Origin: Octopus vulgaris
Lineage: Eukaryota
Reading direction: 5' to 3'
DNA: 64,000 bases
NCBI GenBank assembly: GCA_951406725.2
Contig: OX597837.1
Span: forward strand, 20,274,001-20,338,000
A model generated the notes under the pieces. That model was not told the origin of the DNA. It made no database searches and worked only from the letters and a program-made list of their open reading frames with translations. Numbering within the stretch: position 1 is the first letter of the stretch; each line of letters starts with the position of its first letter. Position numbers and translations under genes: made by a program. This document shows, in pieces, positions 56,155 to 64,000 of the stretch.

Positions 56155-57433
56155 GTGCGTATGTGTGCGTGTGTGTGTATGTCTTTATGCTTGTATTTGT
56201 CCCCCACTACCGCATGACAACCGGTGCTGATGTGTTTACGTTCTCGTATCTTAGCGATCGGCAAAGGACACTGATTGAATAAGTACACTCCAGCACTCAA
56301 ATGACTGAAGCAAATAAAAGAATAAAAGAATTTTAAAAATGAATAATGACAGATTGTTTGGGTTATCGTAAATTGATAAGATGTTATACAATAACTCCAC
56401 TGCCGCCACTGAATTTAGGACGTTTACATTACTTATGAGGTAGTCTATATTTTTCAGTTAGAGTGTTGTTGGGTCTCAAGGGGGAGGTACAAACCTAGCA
56501 ATATATGTTTTATAGTGAAAACAAAATTTCCATTTAAATGGCAATTGCCGGACAATTTTCTGTTCGAGTCTAACCGTTTAAAGTCGTAGTGGAATTGCGA
56601 CCTATGTCACAAATAAGCATATGAGTTTTGTATAACTTTTATAATTGAAAAATTGACTATATTTTGTACATACAAGAATACCAGCCTGCGGGCGCAGTAA
56701 AATGGGCTCCCGGGTGCAACTGCGCCTACGGACGGAGGTTTCTCCTCCCCTGGGGTAGAGTGTCCTTCTTTGACTCGTCAAAAAGTTACTTGTAGAATTA
56801 TGATCGAATGTCACTTTATCATTTTGGTCGATGTCACTTTATCAGAATGACTTGAAATGATAGACATTGAAGTCGCCACTAACGGTGTTGTCGTAATTTG
56901 CATAACTAGTGTAGCATTGGGGCAACTACATAACGCAGTATTTGCCGACAATGTTAGGGTGTAATGAAGAAACATTAAAAATATCATATGAAATATCAAA
57001 TATGACATACTATCACATATATGAGATGTCAAATATCACATATTATCATATATCGGATGTCAAATATTGCTCCATATAATTTCGAGACTTTTTTATACAA
57101 TAACTCCACATAGATTTTGTCATATAATTATCGAAAATCCCCTAACATTTAATTCATGGATGTAGATGTAGAGGTGTGTATGTATGCGCTCGCGTGTGCA
57201 TGCTTATTACAGAATGTATATGTATGCGTGTAATACACACAAACACATTCGCACACACACACATGTATGTATGTGGGTAAGTAGAAACATAGGTCAACAT
57301 ATTTATACATTTATGTATTTGCATGTATGTATACATAGACACAAACACACTTGCGCATACATACATACATGCAAAAATTTATATGTAATATACTTATACA
57401 CACACACGCACATATATTTATTACGTGTAACGT

Positions 57434-57434
<1 letters not shown>

Positions 57435-57471
<37 letters not shown>

Positions 57472-57600
57472 CATACATACATACATACATACATACATAC
57501 ATACATACATACAAACATACATACATACATACATACATACATACATACATACATACATACATACATACATACATACATACATACATACATACATACATAC
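57435..57600. repeat. (GATA)n-(CATA)n compound microsatellite
   Basis: Directly visible. Confidence 0.95.
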
Positions 57601-58584
57601 TGCCAAACAAATACATACAGATCGACAACAACAATAACAACAGCAACATAAGCCAGTAACAAGCAACAACCCCGTAATTCTTGAAATAATGTTAAGGAAT
57701 GAAAGAAATTTAACATTTCAATGATGAAAGGAACCGGCAAATGACATTTCTAAGACAATGAAACGCTTTATATTGTCTTTGTCGTTGGTGGCGGTGGCGG
57801 TGGTTGAGTTGGCGAGATATCGATCAGTCTCCATCAATACCAGTTGATGTGTGGTAGAGTGAAGTGAAGTGGTTTCGACCGGAGGGAACGAAGTGTCAAA
57901 GAGAACAATAGGGTTGATATTGTCAAGCTGGAGGAGAAGGAGGAGGAGGCTGGATGGTGGAGGAAAGATGAAGGGGAGGAGGAGAAGGTTTGAAGATGAG
58001 AGAGGAGGAGGGATGTGGATTAAGGGAGAAGGTGTCAGAAGCTGAAGGTAGGACGAGAGGTGTTGAGGAAAGAGAACGAGGTTGTGGAGGAGACGGTACA
58101 CTAAAATAGTGTATTCAGTTTGTATGTGTTTGTGTGTATAGATGTAAACGTATATTTATTTTTATTTTCATTATTATTATTATTATTATTACTATTATTA
58201 TTAACTATATATATATATATATATATATAGTTAATAATAATAAAATAATAATAATAATAATAATGGTAGCCTCTACACACATTTTTTTCTCTCCTTGTTT
58301 CTTTCTGTGTTCCTTTCTATGGAAGAGCGTAGGCTCGAAACATAAAAGATTTTTTTTTAATTCCTGGGCGAGATACTAATACATCTGTTTGTTTTCTACA
58401 CCACCTGCCTTCGTCTTTTGTTTTTTTGTTTTTTTCGTGAATTCTCCCTATACAAATATATATTCGGTGGTACTGGCAAGGCTTACGCTCGCTCTGACAC
58501 CATGAGTTGAGGTGATGTCTTCTAGTGCCTTCAAATTTAATACACAATTATTAATAATTGAGACGCAATTATTTATAATTGAAG

Positions 58585-58683
58585 AGTCCTACGCTGAGGA
58601 GGAAAATAGTCAGGTAAGACATAATTATTTAACGTTTATGCTCTGCAATGACTTAATTCCGAAACGTACGTCCGTAGGTAACT
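58585..58683 (+). ncRNA. Type-I hammerhead ribozyme, best-preserved copy
   Basis: cctacg-CTGAGGA-ggaa..agtca/tgact..ttcc-GAAA-cgtacg-TC-cgtagg; perfect 6-bp stem I, GUC site. Confidence 0.82.
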
Positions 58684-58864
58684 TAATATAGAATGATTTT
58701 CGTCATTTCTTTCTCTTTTGCCTGCGTCGTTTGCTTTTTAAGTGCTTTGGTTTTACTGGGATCTCCCTTTTAAGTAGAAAGAATAGCCAAAACCTTTTGA
58801 CTGCTATTTCTAAATTCGGTGTGTGGTGAGGCAAATCGTTGCTGAACCCTTAATTACTTAGTAT

Positions 58865-58898
<34 letters not shown>

Positions 58899-58903
<5 letters not shown>

Positions 58904-58931
58904 TTATTATTATTATCATTTTATTATTATT

Positions 58932-58993
<62 letters not shown>

Positions 58994-59561
58994 AATTAGT
59001 AATATTGAATTCCTAAATGTCTCAGAGAGACATGAGCGGTGGTGGAGCGATATAGTGGTTGTATACTGTCAACTCAATGTGACAGTCCCGTGAGGGAATT
59101 ACACCACCGCCATTTAGCCCTAGGAAACATCGACGTTTCCCGTCGGCTTTGACACATTTTCTGTGTCCCTATATTTGCAAAGGGAAGGCAATCACCCCCG
59201 CCAGCTGGGACTAGTCATCTCAGCGAGCGAGACTTACTACCCTTGACTGATGACGAGCTATACACTCAGAAACATATGTCTTCAGGTGCTAGTCCCAGCT
59301 GACGGGGGTGATTGCCTCCCCTTTGCTAATATAAGGAGACAGAAAATGTGTCAAAGCCGATAGGAAACGTCGATGTTTCCTAGGGCTAAATGGCGGTGGT
59401 GTAATTCCCTTACGGGACTGTCACATTGAGTTGACAGTATACAACCACTATATCGCTCCACCACACCGCATGTCTCTCTGAGAGTTTTAGAAATTCAATA
59501 TTTCTAGTTTATATATATATATATATATATAGTTAATAATAATAAAATAATTATAATAATT
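58899..59561. repeat. Large fold-back element: ~225-bp inner arms (58993-59220 / 59284-59510), TA arrays and outer arms
   Basis: e.g. GGAGCGATATAGTGGTTGTATACTGTCAACTCAATGTGACAGTCCCGT and its exact reverse complement in the right arm. Confidence 0.95.
59241..59286 (+). ncRNA. Hammerhead motif in the loop of the fold-back element
   Basis: ccttga-CTGATGA-cgag-ctataca-ctca-GAAA-catatg-TC-ttcagg. Confidence 0.68.
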
Positions 59562-59700
59562 ATATATATATGTATGTATGCATATATATATATACGCGTT
59601 TGTGTGCATAAATATAAACTTATAAATATATATATATACTCTTTAACTATTTAACTACTTTCAGCTCGATAGCTGCGACCTTGTTGGAGCACCACCGCCG

Positions 59701-59760
<60 letters not shown>

Positions 59761-60587
59761 TTATTTATTTATTTATTTATTTACATATATATATTTGTAA
59801 AATACGAATACAAATGGGATAGTGGGTTAAAGGTTTCTGACACGTTTATTACTGATGAATAATTCGAATGTATCATGAAAAAACTGTTTTCTTCAGATGA
59901 AGTAAAAATTTTAACTTTGGTTCAAAGAAAAAATACCACAAGATGTGGAATGTGAAATCACCTTCCTATTTTGACATCATGGAAGAGAGTGAAAATACAC
60001 CAAGGGTTTGATAGATTTAACCAGCTAAGATGTCAGAGGTCAATGGATGATAAAGCAATCATACGACAATGTCACAACTAATTTATTTCTTTAAATGGGA
60101 CTAGGTAGATAACCAGAGATAAAGGGCGAGGGGAAGACAGGGAAACAGAGAAAAGGATGAAAGGGAAGAGAAGCTAAAGAGGCGCCCTTCATGGTGTAAT
60201 CAAATTATTCAGCAATAAAAATAAAATGCGTCTGAAACAGCTGTAGTGAATCTTTAATCCATTTGTATACTTATTTTATGCAAGCACCACACCTAGAAGC
60301 TTCCCTATGTCGGATCTGGAACTTGCATTGGGTCGTGAACCTGCATGCCTGTGTACATGGGTATATACTTACATGTATAAGTATATTTATATATGTGTGT
60401 ATATTTCTGTGTGCACGTACATGCGGATGTAAATGTATGAATATGTCCGTACACGTACGGGTGTGTACGACTGTATTTGCATATGATATATGCACGCATG
60501 CGCTGAACTCGATCCTTGGTTGGTGTCCTGAATGTCAGAATACCTTGATTCAAATGAATCCTACAATGAATTAATTTTATTGAAATA

Positions 60588-61276
60588 CGAGGAAGTATCC
60601 AAATGTAAACGAAAACGTTTTCAGCGGGACAAGTTGTCGTTCAGGCTTCTGCGCTAGAAGTCACTTGATGCGACCCTCAGGTATTAGTATGCTGACCGGC
60701 GGCGTCCAGCGAAGTCGCACTGCCACGTGGTGTGTCTTTGTTTTGCAGTGCTTCTCCCCTGATCGTCGATTTTTGCGATGGTTGAAACGAAGGAACAGCG
60801 TGCTTCAGTGAAATTCTGTTTTCTGCCGGGGAAAATGGCGACCGAAACAGTTGCCATCTCTCAAACAGCTTATAACGAATTTTGAGCGAGGAATTGCGAA
60901 TTAAAAGAGTCGCAGCATAACTTGTGCCTCGCTTGCTCGGGGGAGATCAAAAGAAGTCACGACTGAATGCTTGTCGTGAAAGGAAAGAACACTTAGAGTT
61001 GATCCGAGCCTTTATTCGAAGGTCATCACTGGTGATGAAAGCTGGTGTCACGGAATTTGCAGATGTGGAAGAGGTGAAGAAAAATACGACGGAGGCGTTA
61101 GAAGGCATCGCTTCGCAAGAGTTTCAAGGCTGATTTGAACAGTGGAAAAAGCGTCTGGACCGCTGCATTGCCTCAAACGGAGAATACGTTGAAGGCGATA
61201 AAAGTGTAAATATTATAAGACTCTAAGTCAATAAAATAATATTGCAGAATTCCGGTTTCTTTTGGGTACCCCCTCG
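60588..61276 (+). mobile_element. Non-autonomous mariner deletion derivative with both TIRs and TA TSD
   Basis: TA|CGAGGAAGTATCCAAA ... TTTGGGTACCCCCTCG|TA; MVETKEQRASVKFCF..GK.ATET..AY, and FEQWKKRLDRCIASNGEYVEG. Confidence 0.88.
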
Positions 61277-61299
61277 TACATATATATCTTTGAATAAGC

Positions 61300-61637
61300 G
61301 TAGGCGTGGCTGTGTGGTAAGAAGTTTACTTCCCAACCACATGGTCCCAAGTTCAGACCCACTGCGTGGCATCATGGGCAAGTGTTTTCTTCTATAGCTT
61401 CGGGTAACCAAAGCCTTGTGAGTGCATTTGGTAGACGGAAACTGAAAGAAGCCCGTCATGAATATATATATATAGCTGGTGTGTTTTATGACCCTGTAAC
61501 CCAGCGGTTCGGCAACAGTGGCCGATGGAGTAAGTGCCACGCCTTAAAAGATAAGTAATGTGTCGGTACATTCGACTAAACTTTCTTGAAGGCAGTGCCC
61601 CAGCATGGCTGCAGTCTAATGATTGAAACAAGAAAAA
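61300..61637 (+). mobile_element. SINE family B copy
   Basis: Head, CORE-like region and tail recognisable. Confidence 0.8.
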
Positions 61638-64000
61638 GATATATATGTATGTGTACATGTACATGTACATATATGTACATCTATATGTACAGTTATGTGT
61701 GAGCAAAAGAGACATACATGAGTATGTGGACGGGTTTAAGATATCTGTTTACTCAGCTACAAAGCTACCAACCTATTCTCTTACTTTCTTCCTAGCAACC
61801 TCTCTGCCTACCTATCAACTTATTTACATACCTAGCGACGTATCTACATACTTACCTACTTAGCCATTTATCTGTTTCTCTATCTACCTATCTGCACACA
61901 CGCGCGCACGCACGCACACACGCGCGCGCGCGCGCATAAACACACACACACATATATGGAACTGCAATCGGTTCAACTTTGTGCCCTTCAATTCCTTCAC
62001 ATCTTGCCACATCCAATCTCGATCCTTTTTACTTGTATCCGCTCCCACCGCAACACCAGTCCTTCGTCAAAAGCTCTCTACCATATACAGAAGTAGTTCA
62101 TCACTCCATACAGGAGCTGCTTCATCTAGATGTCACCTTGAACATGATAATTGAAATCTATGGTTTACTGCACGTAAGAAAATCTTGTTGAAGACTGGGT
62201 TATCGTTTTAGATAACCTTATTCACCATCCTTTGATGTAGCTGAACAACCAATCTCAACCGGTCGGGAACCACGATATGGGTTGTACTATTCATCCTTTA
62301 GATTGCTGAATACAAAGCGTGGCTCACGATTCCTCCGTTGGATAAGTTTCCTGAGTCCCTATCTCACCCTTGTACGCCAATTTCTCGCAGAGTTACCCAT
62401 TTACAGCTGAGCGGGTTGGAGTACCGTGAAATGAAGTGTTTTGCTCAAGAACACAACGTACAGCCCGTCAGGGAAACGAAACCATGATCGCGTAATCATG
62501 AGTGTGACACCCTAACAACTAGACCACACGCCTTCACACATTATTAGATAGCTCTTGATTCTCAGGAGTTCCTCCACTCCTTGACGGGTTTTGCTTTTCT
62601 TCCCACGGGGTGTCCAAATGTCGTTCTCCACACCAAGCGAGCTTGGTAGGATTACCAGTTTTGGCACCGATAACCCACTCAAATGACAGGTTGTACTGAG
62701 TCACATGCTACCAGTAGCGCACAAGAGTGGCCACATTAAGAGATCCAATGCAGCAACACCAGATGATTTAGTTGTGTCGTCTGCCATTTTAATTTCTCAG
62801 TCTGCTTCGTCGTGCATCTCACAGCTCAAGAGTTTATATTACTGCGTGGTACTCCCATTTTCTGCTTTTGTGGTGAACAACAGTTAATTTCCTACAACTG
62901 CCCTTTTTGCTACCAACGCCTGATTTATTCTTAAAACATCCCACCACAAACGCACGCACACATAAAATCCCATGTATACATTCGTCTCCCCTATTCATTT
63001 TATTATGGCTATGGGGTCGGGTCTTTCAACATCAGATACGCTCGCTTAATTGACCCTGCGGTAGGGTTGAACAAACTCCATCTTTCATTCCAGTTACAGC
63101 AAACAAGCGGTCAGCTCTCTTTATCTGCAATGGAATTTATAGCCCTCTTCATTGCTACACCAGTAACTCCAACCCCGGTTAGAGCTTTAGAAGATGCATC
63201 TCTTGACTATATATACACAATAAGCATGGATCTGCATAGCAGACAAGGTCTAATGCTTTGAACTGTAGATGTTTGAACCAGCGGTAAAAGTCATCATAGA
63301 AAATGGGTCTGCAAAGACAATGCCTATAATAAATAGGTTCTTTCTCAGCTAAATTCTAAGACACGGGCATTATAGTGGTTTTGGTTAACAGCTGATTAAT
63401 CAGCATGTCCGAAGCTGCAGGCGCTCGATCCAGACAGTGTTGAAGAGGTTCAGTTCACAAGATACTAGACAGGCTGTGTTCCGACAATGATAACCAACAA
63501 CTTTTATATCACAGGTGAATTCACGAAGCATCTGGTGCTTGCCTCTTGACGCATTTCTTGACGCTGCTGCGGTTGAATTGTACTTGAATAAACCAGCTGC
63601 CTTCCAGCTATAAGTTGATACAATTGTAGAGTCTGACACTGCATCAAGTTGTAAAGTGATCACTTTTTCGTTCATTTATAATTTCACATATTTTTGGCGT
63701 GCATCGAAATTATCACCATTTGCTCGGTTTTGGTTTTCCTTGTGTCTACGACGTTTATACACTGAGCGTTGGTGGGTTTTTGTAGGGACACCACTTAGCA
63801 TATTGCCATTCACTGCACTGGCAATAGACCAATGATGATTTTGATTCCTCAGTTCCTCCGAGAGATGGAGACCGTCGGAAGTCATCTTGGAGACACTGAA
63901 GGTTGCGGGCTGATAAAATCTTTAGCAGGCCCAGCAAAATGATTTTTAAAATATCTTCGAATCGTTTAAACGACGAGAGGGAAAACATACCAGCATCAGA

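Noticed and set aside
57718-58101. 127-aa minus-strand ORF
   Set aside because: Driven by a GGA/GA purine-rich low-complexity tract
60170-60255. Hammerhead CTAAAGA-ggcgc..gcgtct-GAAA-cagctg-TA
   Set aside because: Core mutated and no stem I partner; at best a dead relic
63300-64000. Possible CR1-like RT relic (AVNG..SGVP) on the minus strand
   Set aside because: Too degraded to call by eye

Overview
Eukaryotic, AT-rich, microsatellite-saturated, non-coding-looking DNA. The SINE families suggest an Octopus-type cephalopod (inference). I recognise no intact host gene, and almost all ORF-track entries are translations of simple repeats. The window is a transposon graveyard. It holds a nearly full-ORF2 Tx1/L1-clade LINE inside a (TATC)n tract, relics of R4/Dong, RTE, CR1, Gypsy, hAT and Tc1/mariner elements, two Penelope-like (PLE) GIY-YIG endonuclease relics, dozens of tRNA-derived SINEs, and a ~3.1 kb (TATG)n array. 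The most interesting hidden layer is RNA-structural. About ten type-I hammerhead-ribozyme (HHR) motifs with palindromic stem III lie on both strands, mostly in short modules abutting (TA)n arrays. One sits in the loop of a ~660 bp fold-back element whose right arm begins about 3 nt after the predicted cleavage site. Two copies share a non-canonical core. The dominant SINE family also shares its 3' tail with the Tx1 LINE, pointing to a SINE/LINE partnership. All alignments and folds were done by eye.
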